Source: Lytechinus pictus
Lineage: Eukaryota
DNA: 64,000 nt
Direction of reading: 5' to 3'
Assembly (NCBI RefSeq): GCF_037042905.1
Contig: NC_087245.1
Span: 36,954,001-37,018,000, forward strand
In this document: in pieces, positions 50,536-63,094 of the stretch
Numbering within the stretch: the stretch's first letter is position 1
How the letters are laid out: each line of letters opens with the position of its first letter
The notes under the pieces: model-generated
The model's database searches: none
What the model was told of the DNA's origin: nothing
The model's input: the letters and a program-made list of their open reading frames with translations, nothing else
Position numbers and translations under genes: made by a program

Positions 50536-51840
50536 GATTAAGTCAGTCAATATGGAGGGTTGCTAGTCATAATCAACTTTGTATCACTTTTATTCATCTT
50601 TTTTCCCCAAATTTCAAATACCCTCATTCATCTATGGCCAATTTGTAATACAAGTGTTATTACAATTTTTTTTGCAACGAAAATGTGTTATTTACTCTAA
50701 ATTGAAAGAGACTCTCGACTTTTTAACTATAATGTTTTAGTAATATTTTTGTAAATTTTCCCCCATTTTCCCCTTTTCTTTCTTGTTTTGTTTTATCAGC
50801 ATTTTTTTCCCGGGTGGGGGGAGTAGGCTTTTCAAACTCAAGGCTTATTCATTTGCAAATGAATATGTAGGATTCCTCTTTGTATTTTTTTTAATGAGTA
50901 TGTATAAGCTCTGTTATAGCTCTGTCATCTTTAAACCAAAGTGAATGATATTGTATTACCATTTAAAATACATGATTGAATATATTGAAATCATATATAT
51001 TGCCTGAAACTTTGGAAACAGCTATATTCATATAAATTTGAAAATTTCAGTTTATTCCTGCTATTGTATTGTCTTGTCCAAGAAGGTGGTCTATTAAATC
51101 ATTAAAACATAAAATATCTCACAGTAAATTTTGCTCAGGTATGGACAATATGACATTTAACCTGGAGAGAAGATTTTGTTTGGATCACTCTTATTAGCCC
51201 AAATATAAGTCCAATTACAAGTCAGGTTTACTACTGAAAATGTAAAAAGAAAAACAGTAATGAAAAGGGCTACTGGATTAAAATAATTCACAAATGCATC
51301 ACATAATTTTAATAGTTTCTTCTTTTTATGAGGAAAAGTGAAGTTGTTTCCCTTGCTAAACTTTCAACCACTAGGACAAACTACACTTTTCTTATAAAAG
51401 TGATTAGGTGCAGTTTAAGTCCAATTTTCACAACAGAAACAGTAGTAAAGAATGCTAAGACTTTTATACCTGTAGTAGTAAAATCGGAATACACAGATAT
51501 CTGACACTCAAACTTAATCATATCTTTCAATATCAACAAAAGTATAAATCATACATGTATATCTTGGAATTTAAAATTCACAGACACATGTCTATTTCAG
51601 GACTTATATAAAGAGAAAGAGTGGAAAAAAACCACAAACACAGACAACAACTTTTTAAAACCATGGATAAGAACTCAAAGTCCATGGTTGTCAAACAAAA
51701 ACAAACCCACCTCATTTCTCAAGATCATAAAATGATCTCGCGAATAAAAATGGCAGTCATACAACCACTGTAAGAATGCCTCTAGTATCTAGGATCTCCT
51801 GAATTTGTACAAAAAGGGAGTCATATCAACTCATACAAAT

Positions 51841-52087
51841 CACTGGAGGATCCAGGGGGGGGGGGCACATCTGGCCTGTACACCCCCCCCCCCCCATTGA
51901 GAGGCATAATAATGTAAAGTTTCAAAATTTATTGATTAAAATCAACACATATTGGATCATTCTCAATATTACAAATATGCCGTTCTAACACAAGTGTGCC
52001 CCCCCCCTTTGAAAGCGATGCTTGTCAAATTTTTCTTGGGAAATGTGCCCCCCCCCCCCCCTTTGGAAAATCCTGGATCCGCCCCTG
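51841..52087. mobile_element. hAT-like MITE with 8-bp TSD
   Basis: cactggaggatccagg / cctggatccgcccctg flanked by atacaaat / atacaaag. Confidence 0.7.
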
Positions 52088-53009
52088 ATACAAAGATTTG
52101 TAATCGTAAGCAAGCCATGTCATCGAGCTGGAATTCACAAGGACAATAATAGTCTAGTACTTCCGAGAGTGCATACAGATCAAGGGAAAAGGTCAATCAC
52201 ATTTTGTTAATTCCTTTCAAAAATCAATGAAGAAGATCATGCAAGAATTTAATGAAAATGACTGAAGTGTCTCTATATAAAGATGTCTATGTACATGTAC
52301 ATGTATATGTGTTTGTTTTGTCTTTGTTTTTTTAAATTATAATCCGTTGTGCCCAAATGTACTCTAATTGAAATAGTTGTCAGTATAATTCATTTTAGCC
52401 TTTAGATAATACATGTTACTGATGTTAGCATGCATCCATCTATATTGAGGAGTTAATTATGAACAGGATGCCACACCTGATTAGCAGCTATTGCTATTTG
52501 TGGTCCCCTTTAACCAAAGATATTACTTTCTTTCAAATTCAACGTCACATTCACTTTGCTGCATTCCCCATTGCTTTGTGTGTGATGGAATGGGATGATT
52601 ACACAGGAAAAGATGCCTTGCGGGATCCCTCCTGAATTACAGTTTGGACTTTCGCAGAGGTGCCTCAAGGTTTGCAATTGATCATAAAATGGCAATGACC
52701 AGTTAAGATCGAGTATACTCTTTGAAAGCCTGAAAAGTAACTAATCCAGGTGGGTGTTTCATAAAGTTTCTTTTAAGTTACTGGCAACTTTAAGAACGAC
52801 TTTACGAACGACTGGTGATTTTTTTTTCTTAAGAGCTAAATCCACACTGATGAAAATTTGGTGCACATAATTTACCTCAAGAAAAGATCACCAATCATTT
52901 GTAATGTTTTTCGTAACTTACGAACAGCTTTATGAAACACCCACTGGGCCAAAACACAAAGCAAAGCGACAGATCATACCATTGATGGTCATATGTTCAT
53001 ACTAATAGT

Positions 53010-53336
53010 TACATTTATATGGTGCTTATTACTTTATGTTTCTAAGTGCTTTACATTGTAATTATTACTACCCTGGTCATCGGATCCTGGCATGCCCAAA
53101 CACAACACAATGTATGCACTTTCTCCACTCCCTGGGGAGCATTCCTACGAAAGTTCCAAGATTACTTGGCACAACGCATAAGATTTTGCATCCTACCGGG
53201 TACCCATTTAACACCTGGTTGAAGAGTGGCAAAGTCATTGACGCCTTGCCAAGGGACGCTAGGCCGCGGTGGGATTCGAACACATGACCGTCTGATTACA
53301 AGGCGAGAGTCTGAATCGCTACACCAAGACGCTTCA
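53010..53336 (-). mobile_element. tRNA-derived SINE downstream of the galactosyltransferase stop codon
   Basis: Minus strand A-box, B-box gttcgaatccc, core ccaggtgttaaatgggtacccggtagg. Confidence 0.8.
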
Positions 53337-53449
53337 ACAAAAAGCTATGAATCCTTAAGTTACAAAGTCTTAATGTTTCATAAAAATTCCCATAAATAAA
53401 TTTTTTCATAAAAATAGTTTAAAAATACTTGGACAGTGGGAACTACAAA

Positions 53450-54319
53450 CTATAAGAAATACAAGTAACAGTGAGTTTGTTTATCTTTCATCACTTGCCT
53501 CCACAGATTTTCTCTAACCGCTATCGCAGCCTTACTGTAGTGGGTCGTAAAGAGTCTCCTGTACACACAGGTAGAGTAGTCAACACGATTGTTATGAAAC
53601 TGTGAGCTGGCCAGTGGATACACTCCAAGCTGGAATAAGCAGAATCCCATGAACACATCTTCGAGATACAAATACGGAGTATGAGTGGATACTTCATACA
53701 CATTACGCGCGACATCACCCGACATGACGTAACCTGACCCAGAGCAGAAGGGGGGATACCATGCTTGTGGATAAATGTTTTCCGGAACGTACCACTTGCT
53801 TATCTCATTTCTTACAGGTTCGGCACGTACGACGATGCCGCTAACAAAGTTTTTGGGTGGGACCGCAGGAGAGGAGAGGTACCTCACCAGATTTTCATAC
53901 ATGACGATCATGTCATCGTCCGTTTTCAGCACGTACCTCACGTGCGGGCAGAACTGCGAGACCCACTTCATGCCCATGACGGTCTTCAACGTAAGGTTCT
54001 TGTACGAGTCTTGGAAATCCCCCATGATGATGTCGTGGTGGAGTGCACTCTCCTTGTCCACAGAGACTTGGTGATGTGTTCCGCCTTTGGAAGGGTTGGC
54101 AAGAAGAAACAAGGTGATGATGCTTTTCCCTTCGATCTCACTCTGACTGGCCCACGTCTCCCTATCTGTCCTACGGAGCGCAGTATTTTTGTGGATGGAT
54201 GTGACGAGCACGAGCAGGAACACCTCCTTAATACTGCCGTCTTCATTCCGACACTTGTTAGGTTCGTTGATGATGAACTTGTACGGGTGAGGATTGATAG
54301 CAGGGGAATTCCCGTCATA
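53450..54319 (-). CDS. Beta-1,3-galactosyltransferase (GT31, B3GALT1-like), catalytic exon
   Basis: Acceptor ctctccacag, phase 0. RETW, DFQDSYKNLTLKT, LKTDDD (DxD), YPPFCSGSGYVMS and EDVFMG motifs. Confidence 0.95.
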   Translation of the reverse strand, partial: YDGNSPAINPHPYKFIINEPNKCRNEDGSIKEVFLLVLVTSIHKNTALRRTDRETWASQSEIEGKSIITLFLLANPSKGGTHHQVSVDKESALHHDIIMGDFQDSYKNLTLKTVMGMKWVSQFCPHVRYVLKTDDDMIVMYENLVRYLSSPAVPPKNFVSGIVVRAEPVRNEISKWYVPENIYPQAWYPPFCSGSGYVMSGDVARNVYEVSTHTPYLYLEDVFMGFCLFQLGVYPLASSQFHNNRVDYSTCVYRRLFTTHYSKAAIAVRENLWRQVMKDKQTHCYLYFL

Positions 54320-56034
54320 CTGTGGAGAGTGAGGAAACATACCAAACAGTTAAAAAAACAGTGATGTAACAATTAAAGATTAAACATTCTTAAAGGGCAA
54401 AGTACTGGAGGTAATCTCTCAATAGACAAATAATGTAGTATCTATATCTTTTGATGAAATATCATATTCTGAATTTTTGTACAAATTATGACAGCTATTC
54501 AATCTTCAAGTTGTACTTTTCATAACAATACAGAATTGTGTGGAACATAATGTATTTTCTTTTCTTCCTTCACAACATATCTTAATCATGTTTTGAATAT
54601 TGTAAAGAAGAAACAGGATTTTGTTATTATTCTGGATGTGTTGTTATACTTGAGACAAGTGACCTGAGATGCCAGACAAGTGACCTGAGATGAATAAGCT
54701 CAATCACTCATCAAACAGAACAGCAAACGGAGAGAAGATGTGGAACTGAACTCGGTAGACACAGGAACAAATTGTAGTTCACTGAACTCGATGAAGTCTG
54801 GTAGTGCACTGATATATTTATTCGCTGGTCTACTTTGCCCAGCTCAACTCATGATCATTTAACAATTTACATATATATTTAATTAATTCAAATCAGGAAT
54901 AACAACCAGTCAAAATAAAGAGCGTGGAAGGATTGAACTAAACTGTAAGAACCCAATTCATAAGATAAACCAATGAGAAATAAGAAGGTGAAGGCAATAA
55001 ACAAGTCTGGGTGATTATTTAATATTATGGCCACAGAAGAAGAAAACAGAAGTAAAAGAAATAAACAAGATCTTGAGAAAATGAAAAAAATAACCATCCT
55101 ACGCTAAATTTCAAACACCAGAATGACAAAAACTATAATTGGAATGGCACGCTAAGAACACTAGCGTATCCAGCATCAACTATGACGAAGAAATGTATGG
55201 CTCCATGCACAATCAGAGTCACTATTGTCCCCAGACAATTGGGCCCATGAAATGCTTTGCAGGATCTGACGCTGGATGCGCGCCTGAAGAATAAAAAAAA
55301 GAGACAAGTCGCGCATATATCGCCTGATCATGAAAACCAGGTTTTAACATGACTTGTAGACCATCATCGTGTTCAACTTGCCTCCCCTTCCCCCGGCATT
55401 AAAATCATTAAATTGTCTAACTTTTTATATAAAGGCCTCTGAGCCTCAGACACTAATGCGATGCAGCCTTTTAGCTGTTAATAAATTGTCACAATAGTAT
55501 TTAAATTAAGGATAAATTACGCAAATAACTAGGATTATCTCTTAGTGAACACTACTGTACGTAATCTACTGGAATAACTTCAATCCCCTTCTCAATTGAA
55601 TTGCAGCTCTTCCCTTCATGGAAACATTTTAAATAATAACAAAACAGCTCCAATAGGCAATACAGCAAATAACTTAATGAGTCGTTTCCACACACACTTC
55701 ATTGTAGCACTGATCTCTCCACTTAGTGGAGAGATCAGTGCATCGTAGTGGCTTTGATAGAGAAAATGCTGAAGGTATTGGGGTGCCTAACCGTAACGTA
55801 TTATTTTTAAATGCAAGTGCACAACTCTTTCTAAATTTAGCATGGATGTGTCATCAAGCGACATTTTGCTGATTCAACTATGACCTATGACATGTATATA
55901 GATGCAGATTCAGATTGTGAGGGAATGCGACCTTGAGGCTTAAGGCAAGTTGAGCAACTAAATGAGGGTGAAGAAGGGAAAATGTACTTGTCCCGTACAA
56001 TAGGCATATAGTATACCGTATGAAATTCACTTAC

Positions 56035-56259
56035 AATAGATTTTACGTGTTGTGGCCAGTCTGCGCCTTTGGCTTTGCTCAAGAATTCGAATCGGTCCTT
56101 CTTGATTTCATGGGAGGAAATCACAATATTCGAAAGAAAGTCACTGCCATAACGTCCCCAAATGCAGAATTCGTAGATTATTCTGTATATCAGATAGACG
56201 GTGCAAAGTGAAAATAAGGCCTTGATGATCACCCTTGTCTTCAAAGTAAGAACAGTCAT
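56035..56259 (-). CDS. Beta-1,3-galactosyltransferase first coding exon (type II TM anchor and stem)
   Basis: ATG at 56259, short basic N-terminus then a hydrophobic stretch. gtaagt donor after codon 75 (phase 0) joins in frame to 54319, giving 364 aa. Confidence 0.8.
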
Positions 56260-56643
56260 TCCGACCTAGACGTAGTTTCTAAACGATATGCGGCCGACTA
56301 CCGTGTGCTATCGGGCGCTGGCTGGCTCGCCGCCAGAGCCAGCGGCGCTGGCGCGGATTCACTGATCGTACAAAAGGATGGGGCGGATCAGACAGCCACT
56401 AGGGGATTTCCCAAAGGGATTCCTCTCTTAGCACGCGCTCGAAGGCCGCGCCCCATAATAAAGAACAAAGCATTGGGGGAGGAGGGCGGGGGGGGGGGGG
56501 GCATTTTCGCATCTTTCTTTAAGCAGCAATACTCGCATTTGTCTCTGACTTCAATACTGAAGGGGGGCGCCCCCTCCACACAAAAAACATAACAGAGGGA
56601 ATTTAGCTAGAGAAAGAAAGATATATAAAGAACAGGGAGAACA

Positions 56644-56801
56644 GGGGAGCGTTTCATGAAAGGACTTGTCAGACGTTTTATCCGACAAGTCCTATTTTAT
56701 CCGACAGTTACCATAGTAACATTGCTTATCAGCCAATCAAAATCAAGGAAAGATGTCAGATCTGACAACATGTTGGACAAAATGTTGATGAAACGCTCCC
56801 C
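56644..56801. mobile_element. Harbinger-like MITE
   Basis: TIR ggggagcgtttcat / atgaaacgctcccc. Confidence 0.75.
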
Positions 56802-57030
56802 AGATCATTGTTCAGATAGTCGAAATTTATTGTCATGCTCAAAGTAGGCCTAAAAATGAATCAATATGGGCATTAAAATTATATGCACTCAGTCATATCA
56901 GGGCATTAAATTGTGTTCACCCATATGTAATCCTGCCCCCCCCCCCCATCATGTATTAAATCCTATCCCACTAACGGGCAAGTCCATCCCAACAAAAAGA
57001 TGATTTGCATAGCTTAATATTTGGGTTATC

Positions 57031-57643
57031 CAGAGGCGTCGATCCTGGGGGGCAGGGGGCGGCGATCGTCCCACCAATGAAAATATGGGGGGGGGGGCAA
57101 ACATATCGTTTTGCCCCCCCCCCAATAATTCCGCATGTGCAAAAAATAAAATAAGATTGTAATGTTACACAGAAATCAGCAAGCGAGATTGAGATACACA
57201 ACTCGTTCTTTATCTGAAATCGTGCTCAAAATGTCCGCTTTTCAGATTAGAATAAAAAAATTTTTTAGCTCACGCTTCGCGCTCGCATCATTTCTGTAGC
57301 AAAAACCCATACTTTTCATGATTAAATAGGTGAATAGAATGTCCCGTTTCCAGTTCTAGACCTCAAAAGAACTCCCACTTCGATTGGCAATATTATTTTG
57401 TTGGATATATATCTTGTTCTTTATTAAAAACGTCCATTAAACTCATTTTTTTCAGATCGAAATATCAAAATTTTCAGCTCGCGCTTCGCGCTCGCATCTA
57501 TTGTTTTTTAGATACCCATCTTAATCATTAGTACCAAAAATTCTTAGAATATCAAGCTTTCAGGTCAGAATATAAAGAAATTTCAGCTCGCGCTTCGCGC
57601 TCGCATTAATTTGTTGGTGAGATATGTGTCTCTATCTTATGAG

Positions 57644-57684
<41 letters not shown>

Positions 57685-57795
57685 CATGTGTGTGTGTGAG
57701 TTTGTTTGTTTGTTTTGTGTGATCGAGTGCCTTTGGAAAGTTGATTCATGATTTTGCCCCCCCCCCCAATCTGAAAAATGGATCGACGCCCCTGT
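57031..57795. mobile_element. CAGGGG-type non-autonomous DNA element
   Basis: TIR cagaggcgtcgatcc / ggatcgacgcccctg and internal gctcgcgcttcgcgctcgca repeats. No clear TSD. Confidence 0.75.
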
Positions 57796-58081
57796 TGGAT
57801 TCTTCTTTAGGGCATAAACAGTCGCAAATTATCCAGCAATAAAGTATGAAATGCATGGAACACGATACGAACATAATAATGATGAAAATCGTTTTGACAA
57901 CTTTGGCTTCCCATAACTTTTAGCACAGAATGACCAGAAGCAATTAAAGCTCCAAGCTTTTAAGCGCCCCCCCCTCCCTTAGTCTCCCTCGATCAGGGTA
58001 GATGAGGGAGATGTTGTCACTCAAAACAAAAGCTCAGAACACATCGTGCTACCCATACGCGTTCTCACACTTGACCCTTAA

Positions 58082-58494
58082 GGCGACCGCACACCTTACG
58101 ATTGGTCTGCGACCCGATTTCAGAATAAAATGTAGTAGAATTTGATGCTAATATTGAGACTTAGAATATCTTACTGTGTAATGTTCTAAATCATCGTACG
58201 AATACCTGTGTTCAAATCTGTGACTGTGCTATCATCCTTCTTAGAATAACAGCGAATTTAATATCTAGTCGTAATGACGTCATAGCAGTCGTACGATTGC
58301 CTACGATTTGAAACTAATTTGGCCTTTACTCTAAAATAAAGGCTTGGAATCTTTTAAAATGGTTATATTAGTATTCTTTCAATTAATTTTAACCTCAAAT
58401 AAAATGATATGTTCCATTCACTTTTTCAGAAAATGAGCAAAATGCGATTTGTTCCAAAATCGGATCGCGAACAATCGTAAGGTGTGCGGTGGCC
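58082..58494. mobile_element. PIF/Harbinger-like MITE
   Basis: 22-bp TIR ggcgaccgcacaccttacgatt / aatcgtaaggtgtgcggtggcc, TAA at the left flank. Confidence 0.8.
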
Positions 58495-58502
58495 TTTACA
58501 TG

Positions 58503-59601
58503 CAGGGGCGGCGGAGCGAAATTGAAAGTGGGGGCACAGGGGAAAAAGGGCACCTTTTCTCTAAAAAAAGGCACTATCTTAAACATGGCCGCATGAAGAA
58601 AATTTTCGCGGGGGGGGGGGGCAGCGCATGAAAACTTTTTGGGAAAAAACCTTGAAAGCGAGGGAGCGAAGCGACCGATCTTATCAGAGGCGCTTTTGCA
58701 TTTTGTTAGCTGAAATTGATGGTTTCTATACATACTTTCGGTGAATTTTATGAAAATCTGCAGTAAAAAAATGTGAGTTTTCAAAATTTCTGGGGGGAGG
58801 CAACTGCCCCCCATGCGTACGGCCATGATCTTAAAACAAAGTTAAAAAAATGATTTATCCACATAATCCACCCCACTCACATTGACTCATGAAACTTAAC
58901 GTAGGATTATTGCAAGCTTTTTCATTCACTATATGCACTTGCAGAAGGAAGCAGAACGGCGCTAAATAAAGAAACCGGGCGCTCATCGGGCACGGAAAAA
59001 ATGTTTTCAGGACAACTTATCTGATATGAAGAACAGCTAGGCAAATTATATGAGAAAGGCACACATGAGAAAGGGGCACTCGTTAACACATATTCCTTCT
59101 CAGATGAAAGGGGCACAGAACACGTTCGTTGGGGGCACTTTCTTAGGTAAAAAAAGGGCACTGGTACGAGAAAGGGCACCAAATAAGATGGCAAAAAGGG
59201 CACTTACTAACGGCATAAAACGGATCCTTCTCAGGTGAATGGGGCAAAGGACATGTTTGTGAGGGGCACTTTTCCTGGGTAAAAACTGGGGCACTGATTC
59301 GAGAAAAGGCACTTACAAGACGGCAAAGGAACACTTGCTCAGACATAAAACGGGTCCTTCTCAGGTGAAAGGGGCACAGAACCCATTCGTAAGGGAAAAT
59401 GTTTTTTGGGGAAATATGGCACTTATACGAGTAAGGTAACACCTAAAACGTGTCATCTTTCGATAAAAGGGGCACGTACAGCGTTCGTGAAGGGGCATTT
59501 TTCTTGCGTAAATATGCACTTTTTCAGTACTTCAAAAAGTGGGGGGGGGGGGGGGCACTGGATTCCCCGCCCCCCCCCCCCCCCCAGGATCGCCGCCCCT
59601 G
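58503..59601. mobile_element. hAT-like non-autonomous element with a nested hAT-like MITE (58584-58827)
   Basis: Outer TIR caggggcggcg / cgccgcccctg with tttacatg / cttacatg flanks. Inner TIR catggccg / cggccatg with perfect ATCTTAAA 8-bp TSD. Repeated agggcac motifs. Confidence 0.85.
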
Positions 59602-60304
59602 CTTACATGAACACTTACATCATTTTTATACTTCTTCTGGAAAGCATTTTCCATGTTGGAAATTTATATACGATAGACCTATACTGTATAGGAGCTGCTC
59701 GCATATGACGTCATAAAAAAAAAAAAAAATATTTACATCTCTCCTAATTGGTTACTATTAAAATCGAACCTTCAACCAACAATTTTTTTCCTTCTATTTT
59801 TCTGCTCTCTTTGAAACAAACTATCATCTTTTAAGTCAGTGAACTTTCAATATAATCCTAGAATGTATCATATATTTTCCATATTTTCTGTTTTTGCTCT
59901 TTGGTGGTGATTTTTTACCTGATTGCTAAGAAAGCATGAATGCTTGTAAGCAAGCAACCAGTGGACCGACGGCTTAAGGTCCTCTCTGAAGGACCTGGTA
60001 CTGAGGATTAATGCCTTACCAAAGGGCATCAGGGCCAACTAGTTTTCATTTTTTTTATTTCTCAAATTTTGGAAAATCGTTATTTTCGAGGAAAAATACA
60101 GGAAATTCAAGGAAATCCGAAAATTGAAATGTCTACAAAATTTTGATCAATATAATATGCTATTAATTGCCTCATTATGCATGCATTTTGTGTCGCTGAA
60201 AGATTTTCCGCTTGCATTTCGAAATTTGTCTCGAACTGCGTGGGCAAAAGAAGTCTGTATTCCCCCTAATTCTTGTCACTGTAGGAAGTGGAGTCCAGGC
60301 TTGT

Positions 60305-62790
60305 TGTATATACTTTCATTTATACTTTTTGCTGACGACTCCAATATTTTATTTTCCCATGATGATATTAACCAACTCGTTATAATCGTAAATTCTAAAC
60401 TAACAAATGTTACAGATTGGATCAAACATTCGCTTAATCACCAGAAGACAAACTATACATGCATTTTAGTAATAAAATCAATACTCTACCAGACAGTATT
60501 TTTTGTGTGGATAATTTCGTTCTTAATAATATTTCCACTACCAGATTCTTGGGTGTCCTTATTGACAACAAATTATCCCGGAAGCCTCATATCGATAGTA
60601 CATGTAAAACAATTTCTAGAAACATTGGAATTATTAATAAACTAAAAAATGTTCTCCCTTTTGTCTTCTCCGGGCCTGCCTACTGGAAATCTCTGCCTCA
60701 AGATTTCAAAGAATTCCCTAATATAAATATTTTTAAACGCAAACTGAAAAAAATATTAATTTTGCAATACTCGTTGCAAATAGGTCAAGCTGAATAACTA
60801 ATTTAATTATATATACTCGGCTTTTGTGTATATGTGTATTATATTCGCTCATGTTATATATATATATACATGTATGTTATTTGTTATTACTTTTTTTTCT
60901 TCTTAAAATTGCAATTAGCTAAAGTACCTGCTCCTGCTACCCGCTTTCTTTCTACGTAATGTACACTGCACTTCTCTGTCCCTCCCTCCCCTCTTCTCCC
61001 CCGCACCACCCCCCCCCCCCGTAGCCAGGATTTAATTTTGGAGGGGGGTAAGTGCGCGCGAAGCGTGCCAACATTTACAGAGCGCGCGATGCGCGCTCCC
61101 TAGGGGGGATGGTGCAGGGAGGGGGGAGTTTCCCCCCTCCCGAGCGGAGCGCGAACTTTTTGATATCTCATCAAATTTGAATCAAAAGAAGACGTCTCTT
61201 GCGTCTCTTATACCCTTATCAACTCGAATTCATTTGACTTGCTGTGATTAGAAACAAAACCTGTTTTCAAAAGAAAAGATGAGCGCCCCAAAAATGGGAA
61301 AAGATCTTACCGCGCGAAGCGCGAAAGCTAAGACGTTTTACAAAAAGAAATTGAGAACAGAAGTGGTATAAAATGTCTACCTTAGTCACATCAGATTTGA
61401 TTGTAAAAACTTTAGCCACATTAGATTTCTTTAACTCGCAAAACAGAGTAGATGCGGGTATACTCAGGGAGGAAATATTTATTCCCGCGAATGGCGTTGA
61501 AGCTCTGAATTTTAGAAATTTCTCTGAAACTTTAACCTGCTCCAATTTTGATATTTCTATAAATAATAAGAAGAAAAATGTAGCTCAAAATGTGAAAGGG
61601 ATTGATGCCCGGATGATGCAAGCTTGAAGAGGGACCTTTCATTTCCCATGCAAGCGAAGCACGAAAACTTCTGTGAGTTATAAGAAAAAAATATGTGTAA
61701 TTTCGCTCATAATATTAAGCGCTTCCTTTTGCATGATTAAGAAACTTCTGTGATATTAAAGATTTCAAATCAATGGCGCTAAACAGGACAGGAGATGGAT
61801 GTGCAGCGATATAAATTTAGAATAAAGTTTCATCGTACCAACGTTTACATATAGCACGGCACGAATTCAATGCTCCCCCTTTGAGCAGATACTTTGCCAA
61901 AACATTGCTTGCTGAAAGCGGAAGAAATAGCATTTTGGGACTTCGGGATCGAGTGACGGTATTAAAGTTTACCCGCTCAGAACAGAAGAACCGAAATTTT
62001 GCGTCAGTGCAATTAAAAAAATACTTCTAGTACTCTTTACACCCATGTCTACTTTATAATTTCTTGCAAGAATGCGATTCCCATGGCCGGGAAGGGGATA
62101 AACGGAGAAGAAAAAAGGAGTGGGAAACAAAGGGGAAAGGCAATTTGGATATTTTTCCCGCGCGGAGCGCGGAAGCAAAATTTTGTATGAAGAGAGAGAA
62201 GAACATCTCGTTTAGGTTTTTATTCTTTTGACAAAAAAGAACGAAAAAAACAAAAAAAAACAATAAAGCTATACCCTTTTTCCCTTTTCTCCATTTCCCC
62301 CTTCTTTTTTTCTTTTTGGGGGCGTTTTTTTTTTTTGGGGGGGGGGGGCGACCGCCTCCTTGGCTATGCGCCTGCCCCCCTCTCTCTAATGTTATAAAAC
62401 AAAATATTTCTCACACGATCCATCAGTTACTTTTTTTGTAAAGTGCACAAAAATTGTTTGTATTCATTTTAAAACAAAAGTTCTATATATCATTACGACC
62501 CAATATATCTTTGTTGTAATTTTGCAATGAAACTAAGTGAGGGGCTTGCCTTTTGTACAAGCATTGCTTTTTTTCGGCAAGACCCTCCGTTTTACGGGGT
62601 TTTACGTTTAAATACAAATGTCATCTTAGGTAACTTTGTTTATTGAATTGTGTTCCTAATTAAATCTAAGATTATGAGATATATACCGGTATATATTATT
62701 ATGTCTTGCAGTATTTTCGATCTTGTTATGTTATATTTATCATATTACGTACAATTGTGAAACGAAAATCAATAAATCAAATCAAATCAA
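60305..62790 (+). mobile_element. 5'-truncated, frameshifted LINE (CR1/L2/Crack group) with a DNA element inserted at about 61010-62374
   Basis: LFADDSN RT motif, FLGVLIDNKLS..HI, GP.YW.SLP..FKRKLK C-terminus, 3' hairpin at 62540-62590, AATAAA and (AAATC)n tail. Confidence 0.8.
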
Positions 62791-63022
62791 GTTGGAATTT
62801 GGGGTCAACTAATTTGGATTCAGCCGGGGATTTAGTTTCGTTGAATTAGTTTTTTGAGCTGTGAATGGAGACACTTCTTTGGCGTACCATACACTGCAAT
62901 TAAGTAGCGCGCCCTCACGATGAATCTTCCGGAATTTAGATTGAGAAGACGTGGTGTGTGACCGTGGAATCATCTTCCTATATTTTTACGTTTATTTTGA
63001 TATAGTTTGTCAGAAATTCAAA

Positions 63023-63094
63023 ATGCCACCCAAAAAGGGAGGAGGAGGACCGAATAAGAAAACAGTAGAGAAGAAGAAGGAGAAAGTTATAGAG
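63023..63094 (+). CDS. ZC3H15: First coding exon of zinc finger CCCH domain protein 15 (DFRP1/Tma46 homolog); rest lies outside the window
   Basis: caaaATG context. MPPKKGGGGPNKKTVEKKKEKVIE matches the ZC3H15 N-terminus as I recall it (MPPKK...KK.E.KKKEK.IEDKTFG). Followed by GAG|GCAAGT. Confidence 0.85.

Noticed and set aside
49600..50566. His-rich metal-binding protein
   Set aside because: CAT/CAC microsatellite open in several frames, with a frame-shifting 37-bp unit and no exon boundaries.
53765..54364. 199-aa antisense ORF, and similar ORFs opposite both GPCRs
   Set aside because: Shadow ORFs of GC-richer coding exons with no recognisable domain.
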